Of a stretch of DNA of 64,000 bases, positions 1 through 7,710 are shown piece by piece; position 1 is the first letter of the stretch, and each line of letters begins with the position of its first letter. A program made the position numbers and the translations under genes. The notes beneath the pieces are model-generated. The model was not told where the DNA came from and searched no databases. It saw only the letters and a program-made list of their open reading frames with translations. The DNA comes from Desulfuromonadales bacterium (GTDB taxonomy: Bacteria > Desulfobacterota > Desulfuromonadia > Desulfuromonadales > JAWOCM01), in contig JAWOCM010000059.1 of the NCBI GenBank assembly GCA_046483795.1, positions 1,964 through 65,963 of the forward strand, read 5' to 3'.

Positions 1-419
1 CTGTACAGGATCGAATAACCGAGCCCTACAGCCAGCGGCAGATGTCCCCCGACGATGCCGAAACCGCCCATGAAATTCGTATCGGCATCGAACAAGTGCA
101 TGGACCCGCCCTTGCCTTTGGATACCCCGGTCGCCTTGCCGTACAATTCAGCCATAACAGGTCCCGGATCGATCCCCCGTGCCAGGGCAAGACCGTGCTC
201 GCGATAAGCACTGATCATGTAATCGTCTTCATGGATTGCATGGGTCACCCCGACGCCGACCGCCTCCTGGCCGCTGTAAAGATGAAGGAAGCCTCCCATT
301 TTTCCTTGACTGTACAACTTGGGGCAGGATTCCTCGAATTCGCGGATGCGGGACATCTCGCGATACATCGCCAGCAATTCCTCTTTCTGGAGCATTGAAC
401 GTTCCTTTTTACTCTTCAT
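1..419 (-). CDS. 2-oxoacid (pyruvate/acetoin) dehydrogenase E1 component alpha subunit, TPP-dependent; 5' part only, gene runs off the left edge
   Basis: Not in the ORF track because there is no stop in the window. Minus-strand translation from ATG 419-417 gives MKSKKERSMLQKEELLAMYREMSRIREFEESCPKLYSQGKMGGFLHLYSGQEAVGVGV..YREHG..MAELYGKATGVSKGKGGSMHLFD..GGFGIVGGHLPLAVG, the typical E1-alpha N-terminal/TPP-binding pattern. A GGGGTGG SD-like motif lies 5 nt upstream. An alternative ATG is at 395-393. Confidence 0.8.
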   Translation of the reverse strand, partial: MKSKKERSMLQKEELLAMYREMSRIREFEESCPKLYSQGKMGGFLHLYSGQEAVGVGVTHAIHEDDYMISAYREHGLALARGIDPGPVMAELYGKATGVSKGKGGSMHLFDADTNFMGGFGIVGGHLPLAVGLGYSILY

Positions 420-445
420 CTCAGCCACCCCTTTTTGGGAGATGT

Positions 446-461
446 TGGTATCATTTAAGCA
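446..461 (+). promoter_or_regulatory. Candidate sigma-54 (-24/-12) promoter element upstream of the fatty-acid oxidation gene
   Basis: TGGTAT-CATTT-AAGCA has its GG and GC dinucleotides at exactly the spacing of the TGGCAC-N5-TTGCW consensus. It lies 134 nt upstream of ATG 595 in the divergent intergenic region. Confidence 0.25.
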
Positions 462-594
462 AAGAATAGCAACTATCGGAGCTCTGGCAAGCCGCCGACT
501 CACTTGATGGTCATTCAATTTTTCAAATTCAACTTGCCGTAATCCAACAAGCGGTTATCATTAGAAAAAGAGAAATCCGAAGGGGATAAATAAT

Positions 595-2706
595 ATGACA
601 GCAATGGTCCAGTATGAAATCGAGGAAGACATCGCAGTGGTCACCCTCGATACGCCCGGGGAGAAGGTCAACATTCTCAATGAATCTTTTCTGAGCCAGC
701 TTGATGAAACGGCCGAAAAGTTGAACCAGGAACAGGGCTTGAAAGGGGCTGTGGTTCTCAGTGCCAAGAAAAAAGGGTTCATTGCCGGAGCCGACGTACA
801 CCAGATCGAAGACGTTGACACTCCCGAGGAGGGTGCCCGCCTCTCCCGCCAGGGGCAGGATATCCTGCAGAAATGGGGAAACTTCAATTTCCCCGTGGTC
901 TGCGCAATCCACGGCCACTGCATGGGAGGCGGAACGGAATTCGCCCTGGCATGCAATTTCCGAATCGCAGCACAGGATGCGGCTATCGCCCTGCCCGAGA
1001 TCAAACTCGGTATTCTTCCCGGATTCGGAGGCACGCAGCGCCTTCCACGCCTGATTTCACTGGAGAAAGCCCTCGACATGATCCTGACCGGGCGCACGAT
1101 CCGGGCCAGAGAAGCGGAATCCCTGGGAGTGGTCGATCGTCTCTGCGACCAGTCCGCTTTGAAGGAAGAAGCCCTGCGTCTCGTTCGCGACGCGGACAGT
1201 GACGAGCGGGCTATTTCGGCCTCTCGAAAAAAGAAAACATCCGGTCTACGCGCTTTTTTGCTCGAAAAAACCCCTCTCGGACGGGCCGTGCTTTTTTCGA
1301 TTACCGAGAAGCAGATGCAAAAAACGACCAAGGGCCACTACCCTGCACCTGAACGGGCGCTTGAAGTTATCCGAGAGGGGATAGGCAAATCAATTGAAAA
1401 GGGACTGGAAATAGAAGCGAAGGCTTTAGGCGAGTTGATTGTGACTCCCGAAAGCAAAAATCTCATCCACATCTACAACCTGTCTCAGAGAACCAAGAAA
1501 CCTCCTTTTGACGATGTCGAAGCCAACGAGATAAAAAAAGCTGCAGTGCTCGGGGCCGGCGTTATGGGTGGGGGCATCGCTCAGCTGATGGCGGATAGAA
1601 AGGTTCATGTCATCCTGAAGGACATCAAAGAAGAGGCTGTCGAGAGCGGACTGGATAGTGCCCGCAGTATTTTTCGAAAGAAACTCAAACGGCAGGGCAG
1701 GGATGAAGACGCCGTTTCCGAGAAGATGCAATTAATCAGCGGCACAACGAAATATGAAAACTTCGGTGATGCCGATCTGGTTGTTGAAGCGGTGGTCGAG
1801 AAAATATCTGTCAAACAATCCGTTCTCAAAGAAACCGAAACCTTCCTTCCGGAATCGGCTGTTTTTGCAACCAATACGTCAGCGCTTTCGGTTTCAGAAC
1901 TTCAATCGGCTTCAAGTCGACCGGACAAGGTCGGTGGCATGCATTTCTTCAACCCTGTGGACAAGATGCCTCTGCTCGAGATCATTCATGGCACGAAAAC
2001 CTCGGACCAGACCGTGGCAACCCTCTACCAGGCCGCTCTGAAATTCGGCAAAATACCGGTCATCGCGGCCGACCGACCAGGCTTTCTGGTCAACCGCCTG
2101 CTTGTGACCTATCTGAATGAAGCCTGCCTGATCGCCGAAGAAGGCGTCGAATGGCCATCTCTTGACAAAATCACCAGGGATTTTGGCCTGCCCATGGGAC
2201 CTTTCCGGCTGATAGACGAAGTCGGCATCGACATCGGCGCAGAGGTCGGCAGGACTCTGTGCAATGCATTCGACTATCTGCAGGAAAGCAAACTGATGCA
2301 GAAAGCTGATGAAATGGGGCTCCTGGGCAAAAAGGGGTCAAAGGGTTTCTACAATTATCAGAATGGACACCCGTCCGGCCCGAATCTCACTATAGATTCC
2401 AAGCTGGACCTGCAGAAAGAACGGAATGCCACCGAAGAGGACCTGGAACGCATGCTGTACCTCATGGTCAACGAAGCAGCCCGCTGTCTCGATGAACAGG
2501 TTGTCGGCTCTCCCGAGGATATCGATACCGGTATGGTGTTCGGAACCGGCTTCCCTCCCTTCCGGGGCGGGTTATGCCGCTGGGCCGATGAGGTCGGCCT
2601 TGCGAAGATTCATGAGAGGCTGGAAAAGCTTGAGCAAAAGCACGGTGTGCGTTTCAAGCCTGTGAGTTTCATTGAAGATAACCCGAATTTTTACAGGGCA
2701 TCCTGA
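595..2706 (+). CDS. Multifunctional fatty-acid oxidation complex alpha subunit (enoyl-CoA hydratase + 3-hydroxyacyl-CoA dehydrogenase), FadB/FadJ-like
   Basis: 703-aa ORF. The N-terminal part is crotonase-like (VVTLDTPGEKVNILN..FIAGADV..GHCMGGGTEFALAC). The central part has a Rossmann NAD site (AAVLGAGVMGGGIAQ) and a 3-hydroxyacyl-CoA dehydrogenase C-terminal region. An AGGGGA SD motif is upstream. Confidence 0.9.
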   Translation: MTAMVQYEIEEDIAVVTLDTPGEKVNILNESFLSQLDETAEKLNQEQGLKGAVVLSAKKKGFIAGADVHQIEDVDTPEEGARLSRQGQDILQKWGNFNFPVVCAIHGHCMGGGTEFALACNFRIAAQDAAIALPEIKLGILPGFGGTQRLPRLISLEKALDMILTGRTIRAREAESLGVVDRLCDQSALKEEALRLVRDADSDERAISASRKKKTSGLRAFLLEKTPLGRAVLFSITEKQMQKTTKGHYPAPERALEVIREGIGKSIEKGLEIEAKALGELIVTPESKNLIHIYNLSQRTKKPPFDDVEANEIKKAAVLGAGVMGGGIAQLMADRKVHVILKDIKEEAVESGLDSARSIFRKKLKRQGRDEDAVSEKMQLISGTTKYENFGDADLVVEAVVEKISVKQSVLKETETFLPESAVFATNTSALSVSELQSASSRPDKVGGMHFFNPVDKMPLLEIIHGTKTSDQTVATLYQAALKFGKIPVIAADRPGFLVNRLLVTYLNEACLIAEEGVEWPSLDKITRDFGLPMGPFRLIDEVGIDIGAEVGRTLCNAFDYLQESKLMQKADEMGLLGKKGSKGFYNYQNGHPSGPNLTIDSKLDLQKERNATEEDLERMLYLMVNEAARCLDEQVVGSPEDIDTGMVFGTGFPPFRGGLCRWADEVGLAKIHERLEKLEQKHGVRFKPVSFIEDNPNFYRAS

Positions 2707-2734
2707 CTTTTCTTTTTCGATTGATGCCGAAAGC

Positions 2735-2767
2735 AAAAAAGGCCGGAGAAACTCTCCGGCCTTTTTT
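2735..2767. terminator. Bidirectional rho-independent terminator shared by the fad gene (+) and the small zinc-ribbon ORF (-)
   Basis: AAAAAA-GGCCGGAGA-aac-TCTCCGGCC-TTTTTT: a perfect 9-bp GC-rich stem flanked by an A-run and a T-run, lying between two convergent stops. Confidence 0.75.
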
Positions 2768-2792
2768 CTTATACTATTTTTGGAAAAAGGTT

Positions 2793-2948
2793 TCAGCCGA
2801 GAAAAACATCGTTCCGGCGGGCTCTGTTGGCAAGAATGGTCTGATCAATCATCTCTCCGCAGGAACAGCACTTCCAGGCATCGAAAGCACGAACGAAATC
2901 ATAATTCTTTTCGGAGTACATTCTTCCTCTGCACTTTGGACATTTCAT
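2793..2948 (-). CDS. Small (51 aa) double-CxxC zinc-ribbon protein, function unknown
   Basis: Below the ORF-track size cutoff; I translated it by hand as MKCPKCRGRMYSEKNYDFVRAFDAWKCCSCGEMIDQTILANRARRNDVFLG*. It has CPKC and CSC(G) knuckles 22 residues apart. A strong SD (AAGGGGGAAAAAG) sits directly before the ATG, and the ORF ends 25 nt before the bidirectional terminator. Confidence 0.55.
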   Translation of the reverse strand: MKCPKCRGRMYSEKNYDFVRAFDAWKCCSCGEMIDQTILANRARRNDVFLG

Positions 2949-2988
2949 CTTTTTCCCCCTTCAAAATGACTTATTGAAAAGTTTTCCT

Positions 2989-3027
2989 CACGTCTGTAAA
3001 GAACAGCTGTTTCACCAGACGTGCCAA
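2989..3027 (-). promoter_or_regulatory. 35-bp imperfect palindrome overlapping a sigma-54-like -24/-12 element upstream of the zinc-ribbon ORF
   Basis: The plus strand reads CACGTCTG-taaag-AACAGCTGTT-tcac-CAGACGTG (8-bp outer arms, 10-bp inner palindrome). The minus strand reads TTGGCACG-TCTG-GTGAA, which matches the -24 element TGGCACG but only partly matches the -12 element (TGA instead of TGC). It lies 65-80 nt upstream of ATG 2948. Confidence 0.25.
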
Positions 3028-3118
3028 AAAGATTTCCCAGGGGGATAAAAAACCATAGAAAGAGCAGAACTCAGTGCGATTTTTAAAACATTTCCAAGTA
3101 CTTACCAAAGAATGAAAT

Positions 3119-3673
3119 TTACTTAAAAAATTTCTGCCACCTCTCTATTCGCTTCGGTCCGATCCCTTTTACGCGTCGCAGATGCTCCAGGCTCCCAAAG
3201 TCGCCATTTTTTTGACGAAAAAATTCAATCCTCTCTGCGATAACAGGACCAATCCCTTTCAATTCAAGCCAATCTTCGTATTTCATGCGATCCGGATGCA
3301 ACGGAATCCCCAATGCCATACGCCATGCAGCCGGGAACATTCCATCCTGAAAGATCTCTGAACCTTCTTTGCCCTGTTTGGCATAGTAGGATTGTCCCGA
3401 CAAAACAGACGTTTGGGGAGACAGGCCATCAGGCAGTGAAATTGGAGAGGGGCTGTCCGTCAATTCAATGACGTCTCTGAGAGAAATAGCGCCATCAAAA
3501 TGACGGACCCCTCTTGCGCCGAACCCTTCTCCGAGCCAGACATAGGTTCCCGCGGATTCCTCCACGACAAAGGCCGGGGGATCTCCCTGGGGAAATGCCG
3601 CCCGGCCTGCATGCCACAAAAGTATTGCGGTAAAAGCAAGAACGATCACGTTATGACCGCCCGGTCGAATCAC
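3119..3673 (-). CDS. ComEA-family helix-hairpin-helix DNA-binding protein, membrane-anchored
   Basis: 184 aa with an N-terminal hydrophobic anchor ([12 protein letters not shown]). The C-terminus has tandem HhH motifs ([29 protein letters not shown]). Its start overlaps the cimA stop (ATGA). Confidence 0.7.
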   Translation of the reverse strand: MIRPGGHNVIVLAFTAILLWHAGRAAFPQGDPPAFVVEESAGTYVWLGEGFGARGVRHFDGAISLRDVIELTDSPSPISLPDGLSPQTSVLSGQSYYAKQGKEGSEIFQDGMFPAAWRMALGIPLHPDRMKYEDWLELKGIGPVIAERIEFFRQKNGDFGSLEHLRRVKGIGPKRIERWQKFFK

Positions 3674-5250
3674 ACTCCGACCTTGCCCTGATCCTTCAAA
3701 AGCTTGTAATGAAACGCATCAACCAGAGCCTGGTATGAGGCATCGATGATATTGTCACTGACGCCGACCGTCCCCCATCGGGTTTCCTTGTCCCCCGATT
3801 CGATCAAAACACGAGTCAGAGAGGCCGTGCCCTTGCTGGCTGGAAGGACGCGAACCTTGTAATCGAACAGTTTCGTCTCTGATATCTGAGGATAAAAACT
3901 CTCGAGCGCCTTGCGCAGAGCATGGTCGAGAGCATTGACCGGTCCGTTGCCGTCGGCGGCGGTATGTTCTATGCGCCCCCCGACCTTGACCTGCACCGTC
4001 GCCTCGGAAAAGGGCTTTTCGTCTTCGTGACGCTTTGTATCTATCACGCGGAAGCCGATCACGGAGAAAAAGGTTTCAAGGCCGCCCATGGCTCGACGCA
4101 TGAGCAAATCGAAAGAGGCCTCGGCGCCCTCGAACTGATATCCCTTGTTCTCCATATCCTTGATTTTCTCGAGAATGTCCTGGGTCGCCGGATCTTTGCT
4201 GTCGAGGTTGATGTTAAACTGGGCAGCCTTTGCCAGGATATTCGAACGACCGGAAAGGTCCGATACGAGAATGCGGGTGATGTTGCCGACCTTTTCGGGT
4301 CGCAGATGTTCGTAGGTCTCCGGGTGACGCTGGATAGCCGAAACATGCACGCCGCCCTTGTGAGCGAAAGCTGAATTGCCGACATAGGGTTGATGCTTGT
4401 TGGGCACAAGATTGGCCATCTCGTAAATGGTGCGCGAGACCTGTCGTAAACCTGCCAACTGCTCCTCGCTGACACAATCATGCCCCATCTTGAGCTGCAA
4501 GGCGGGAATGATCGAACAGAGATTGGCATTGCCGCACCGCTCGCCGAAACCGTTGATCGTTCCCTGGACATGCACGGCCCCCTCTTCGACGGCTACCAGG
4601 CTGTTGGCCACGGCGCATTCGCTGTCGTTGTGGGCATGGATGCCGAGAGGTGCCTTTATCTCCTGCCTGACCTTCCTGATGATACCGGCGACCTCGAACG
4701 GCAGCGTGCCGCCATTGGTATCGCACAGAACGATACATTCGGCGCCGGCCTCCTGAGCCGCTTTCAGGGTCTTGATGGCATACTCGGGATTGGCCTTGTA
4801 ACCGTCGAAAAAGTGCTCGGCATCGTAGATGACTTCCGGGACATTCTTCGTCAGATATTCGAGAGAGTCGTAGATCAGTTCGAGGTTTTCCTCGAGGGAT
4901 ATGCGCAGCGCCTCGCGAACGTGAAAATCCCAGGTCTTGCCGAAAATGGTAATGACATCGGGCTCCGCCGCGATCAGGGTCTGGATATTGTTGTCCTTCT
5001 CAGGCGATGTCCTGGCGCGGCGCGTCGAACCGAAAGCGGCCACTTTCGTCTGTTTCAGCCGGACATCTTTGATCTCCTTGAAAAAAGCAATATCCTTCGG
5101 ATTGGAACCGGGCCAACCGCCTTCGATGTAGTGCACCCCCATCTCGTCGAGAATCCGGGCTATACGTATCTTGTCGGCCACCAGAAAAGAGACATCTTCG
5201 GCCTGGGTACCATCCCGCAATGTCGTGTCATAAAGCCTGATCGAACTCAT
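3670..5250 (-). CDS. cimA: (R)-citramalate synthase (LeuA/CimA family)
   Basis: 526 aa starting [36 protein letters not shown], followed by HAHND and a C-terminal regulatory domain. It sits directly downstream of aspartate kinase, as in Geobacter, where this type of enzyme is the citramalate synthase of isoleucine biosynthesis. Confidence 0.82.
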   Translation of the reverse strand: MSSIRLYDTTLRDGTQAEDVSFLVADKIRIARILDEMGVHYIEGGWPGSNPKDIAFFKEIKDVRLKQTKVAAFGSTRRARTSPEKDNNIQTLIAAEPDVITIFGKTWDFHVREALRISLEENLELIYDSLEYLTKNVPEVIYDAEHFFDGYKANPEYAIKTLKAAQEAGAECIVLCDTNGGTLPFEVAGIIRKVRQEIKAPLGIHAHNDSECAVANSLVAVEEGAVHVQGTINGFGERCGNANLCSIIPALQLKMGHDCVSEEQLAGLRQVSRTIYEMANLVPNKHQPYVGNSAFAHKGGVHVSAIQRHPETYEHLRPEKVGNITRILVSDLSGRSNILAKAAQFNINLDSKDPATQDILEKIKDMENKGYQFEGAEASFDLLMRRAMGGLETFFSVIGFRVIDTKRHEDEKPFSEATVQVKVGGRIEHTAADGNGPVNALDHALRKALESFYPQISETKLFDYKVRVLPASKGTASLTRVLIESGDKETRWGTVGVSDNIIDASYQALVDAFHYKLLKDQGKVGV

Positions 5251-5269
5251 CTATCCTCCCGGCGTGACG

Positions 5270-6502
5270 CTAGTCGACGCTCACGTCCTTTTGTGAAAGC
5301 TCGAATGCCTCATGCAGAATGCGCACCGCCAGCTCCGTGTACTTCTTGTCGATGACACAGGAGACCTTGATCTCGCTGGTGGATATCATCTGGATGTTGA
5401 TCCCCTCCTGGGAGAGGCTCTGAAACATATTGCTGGCGATCCCTGAGTGGGAACGCATGCCGACCCCGACGATGGACACCTTGGCGATGTTTTCATCGGA
5501 GGTGACACCCCCGGCCCCGATCTCGGTGGCAGAGTCCTCGACGATTTTGAGCGCTTTTTTGAAATCGGTCTTGGGAACCGTAAAGGTGAGGTCGGTATAA
5601 CCCTCGTGAGAGACATTCTGAATGATCATGTCGACGGTGATGTTGGCGTGGGCCAGCGGAGTAAAAAGCAGCGAAGCGATCCCCGGCTGGTCCGGTACGC
5701 GTATCACGGAAATTTTTGCCTCATCCTTGTTGTAGGTAACCCCAGAAACCAGAACGGTCTCCATTTCGGCATCCTCCTTTGTCACCAGCGTACCTGGATT
5801 GTCGTTGAAGCTTGAACGGACATGAATGACCACTCCGTATTTCTTGGCGAATTCCACAGAACGTATCTGCAGGACCTTGGCTCCGAGAGAGGCCATTTCG
5901 AGCATTTCGTCATAGGTGATGCGCTCGATTTTGGACGCCTCGGGAACGATGCGCGGGTCCGTGGTGTAGACTCCGTCGACATCGGTGTAAATTTCACAGA
6001 CATCGGCTTTGAGAGCAGCCGCCACCGCCACCGCCGAGGTGTCGGAGCCACCGCGGCCGAGGGTCGTGATGTTCCCCTCCTCGTCGATTCCCTGGAATCC
6101 TGCGACAACCAGGATCGAGCCGTTTTTCAGATCCTCGCGCACCTTTTTGTCGTCAATGCTATGGATGCGGGCGCGGGAATGCGCATTGTCGGTCAGAACG
6201 GGGATCTGTGAGCCGAGATAGCTTTTGGCCTTGTATCCCATCGACTGAAGGCACATGGAGAGCAGGGAGATGGTCACCTGCTCGCCGGTGGAGACGAGAA
6301 CGTCGTATTCCCGCTCACTGGGATATTCACACATTTCGTTGGCCATGGCGACCAACTTGTTGGTCTCCCCGGACATTGCCGAAACGATGACGACAACATC
6401 ATTCCCCTCATCATAGGTCTTGGCCACGCGGCGGGCTACGTTGCGAATTCTCTCAACCGTGCCGACCGACGTTCCGCCGTACTTCTGCACAACCAGGGCC
6501 AT
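5270..6502 (-). CDS. lysC: Aspartate kinase
   Basis: 410 aa starting [14 protein letters not shown], with the amino-acid kinase fold ([11 protein letters not shown]) and two C-terminal ACT domains. A GGAGGAG SD motif is upstream. Confidence 0.93.
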   Translation of the reverse strand: MALVVQKYGGTSVGTVERIRNVARRVAKTYDEGNDVVVIVSAMSGETNKLVAMANEMCEYPSEREYDVLVSTGEQVTISLLSMCLQSMGYKAKSYLGSQIPVLTDNAHSRARIHSIDDKKVREDLKNGSILVVAGFQGIDEEGNITTLGRGGSDTSAVAVAAALKADVCEIYTDVDGVYTTDPRIVPEASKIERITYDEMLEMASLGAKVLQIRSVEFAKKYGVVIHVRSSFNDNPGTLVTKEDAEMETVLVSGVTYNKDEAKISVIRVPDQPGIASLLFTPLAHANITVDMIIQNVSHEGYTDLTFTVPKTDFKKALKIVEDSATEIGAGGVTSDENIAKVSIVGVGMRSHSGIASNMFQSLSQEGINIQMISTSEIKVSCVIDKKYTELAVRILHEAFELSQKDVSVD

Positions 6503-6540
6503 AACCCTTTCTCCTCCTTGACGATCAAAAGGACCGGCAC

Positions 6541-6572
6541 AAAAAACCGATCCGCTGTTTTACAGACGGAAT
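6541..6572 (-). terminator. Terminator-like hairpin plus U6 tract inside the lysC 5' leader (possible attenuator)
   Basis: The minus strand reads AUUCCGUCUG-uaaaa-CAGCGGAU-cgg-UUUUUU, an 8-bp stem with two bulges, about 40 nt upstream of the lysC ATG. The stem is imperfect and 3 nt separate it from the U-tract. Confidence 0.3.
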
Positions 6573-6667
6573 AGCCCCGATCCGGTCAAAAAACGTCCAA
6601 CAGAAAAATGATCGCTCTCCTGATCCTGCTGAACCTGCATTTTAACCACGAAATCGGAGAAGTGTCT

Positions 6668-6696
6668 TAAATACCAAGATTTTTCCTGCCGGTCAA
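6668..6696 (-). promoter_or_regulatory. Candidate sigma-70 promoter of lysC-cimA
   Basis: TTGACC, a 17-nt spacer, then TATTTA on the minus strand. This predicts a leader of about 160 nt. Confidence 0.35.
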
Positions 6697-6743
6697 AACA
6701 TTTTTCCCGAAGTGCGGTGGCTGAAGCCGGCGAAAGGCCCCTG

Positions 6744-6769
6744 AAAAACACGCCGATCAGGTTATCGGC
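6744..6769 (-). terminator. Weak terminator at the end of tsaE
   Basis: GCCGAU-aaccug-AUCGGC followed by GUGUUUUU on the minus strand. The tsaE stop codon lies in the loop. The stem is only 6 bp. Confidence 0.3.
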
Positions 6770-7259
6770 CGGTCGAAGTCTGTCCGGCTGGCCATTTTTG
6801 CCTTAACTCCTCAAGCAACCGGTGATACCGTCCGCCTCGGGCCGTCAGAGTCGCGCAACGAGCATCCTCTCCCTGGTAGGAAAGCGCGATCTCCAGACCC
6901 TCGGGCCGCAGATCTGGAATACGGTCGAACCATTCCACGACTGTGACGCCTTCATCGTGGAGATATTCATCGAACCCGAGTTCAAACAGTTCGTCTCTGT
7001 CGGAGAGACGGTACAGATCGAAATGATAAAGATCGAGCCGGCCCCGGTGATGATTCATCAGAGTGTAGGAGGGGCTGGATACCGGCTCATCATCCGGAAC
7101 ACCGAGACCTCTGGCGAGCGCCTGGGTCAGAGACGTTTTTCCCGATCCGAGTTCACCGCTGAGAAGAACAACGGCACCGGCGAACAGAGACTGTCCCAAC
7201 GTCTCGCCCAGCCGACGGGTCTGCTCGACACTGTCGAGTTCAATGGACCAATCGTGCAC
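6762..7259 (-). CDS. tsaE: tRNA threonylcarbamoyladenosine (t6A) biosynthesis ATPase TsaE
   Basis: P-loop SGELGSGKTSLTQALARGLGV plus SPSYTLMNHH..HFDLYRL, the YjeE/TsaE signature. The track ORF extends to 7322 and would overlap the CBS gene by 62 nt. I prefer GTG 7259, which lies 1 nt after the CBS stop and gives a canonical N-terminus. Confidence 0.82.
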   Translation of the reverse strand: MHDWSIELDSVEQTRRLGETLGQSLFAGAVVLLSGELGSGKTSLTQALARGLGVPDDEPVSSPSYTLMNHHRGRLDLYHFDLYRLSDRDELFELGFDEYLHDEGVTVVEWFDRIPDLRPEGLEIALSYQGEDARCATLTARGGRYHRLLEELRQKWPAGQTSTGR

Positions 7260-7260
7260 G

Positions 7261-7710
7261 CTACCGCCCCATGGCCCGAACGAGATCGAGCCTGGCGACA
7301 ACGCCAACCACTTTGTCATCATCCACGACCGGTATCAGATTGACCTTGTGATCGCTCATGAGTGACGCAATTTCGCTGAGGGTCGTCTGAGGATCGCAGA
7401 AAACCACCTCATCGCTGCAGATCTCGGAAACAGTACGTGCGGTAATCTGTTCGACCTCTTCCTGGAAATCCTTTTCACTTTCCAGATACAGAACCCAGTC
7501 GAAAAGGGAAATGACTGTCGGAACATGAAGGGGTTTGTTCTGTTCGACCAGATCAGTTTCGCTGATGACCCCGGTCAGTCGCCCTTCCTTTGTGATCACA
7601 GGCATGGCGCTGACTCTCTTTTCGACAAAGAGACGGGCCAGATCCTCGATACGCGTCTCTGGGGTCACCGAGATCACATTGCGGGTCATGATATCTTGAG
7701 CTTTCAACAT
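7261..7710 (-). CDS. Stand-alone CBS-pair domain protein
   Basis: 149 aa with two CBS motifs (IMTRNVISVTPET..VSAMPVITKEGRLTGVISETDL and ..VNLIPVVDDDKVVGVVARLDLV). Its start overlaps the nnr stop by 7 nt. Confidence 0.8.
   Translation of the reverse strand: MLKAQDIMTRNVISVTPETRIEDLARLFVEKRVSAMPVITKEGRLTGVISETDLVEQNKPLHVPTVISLFDWVLYLESEKDFQEEVEQITARTVSEICSDEVVFCDPQTTLSEIASLMSDHKVNLIPVVDDDKVVGVVARLDLVRAMGR

Noticed and set aside
6503-6660. A lysine (L-box) riboswitch upstream of lysC.
   Set aside because: I could not find the conserved L-box core elements or a five-helix junction by eye. I kept it only as an unclassified structured-leader hypothesis that needs a covariance-model scan.
6560-6751. 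A 63-aa minus-strand ORF in the lysC upstream region, and a 26-aa candidate leader peptide within it.
   Set aside because: It has no SD, starts upstream of the predicted promoter, and shows no enrichment for Lys, Thr, Met or Ile codons as expected of an attenuation leader peptide. I treated the region as non-coding leader.
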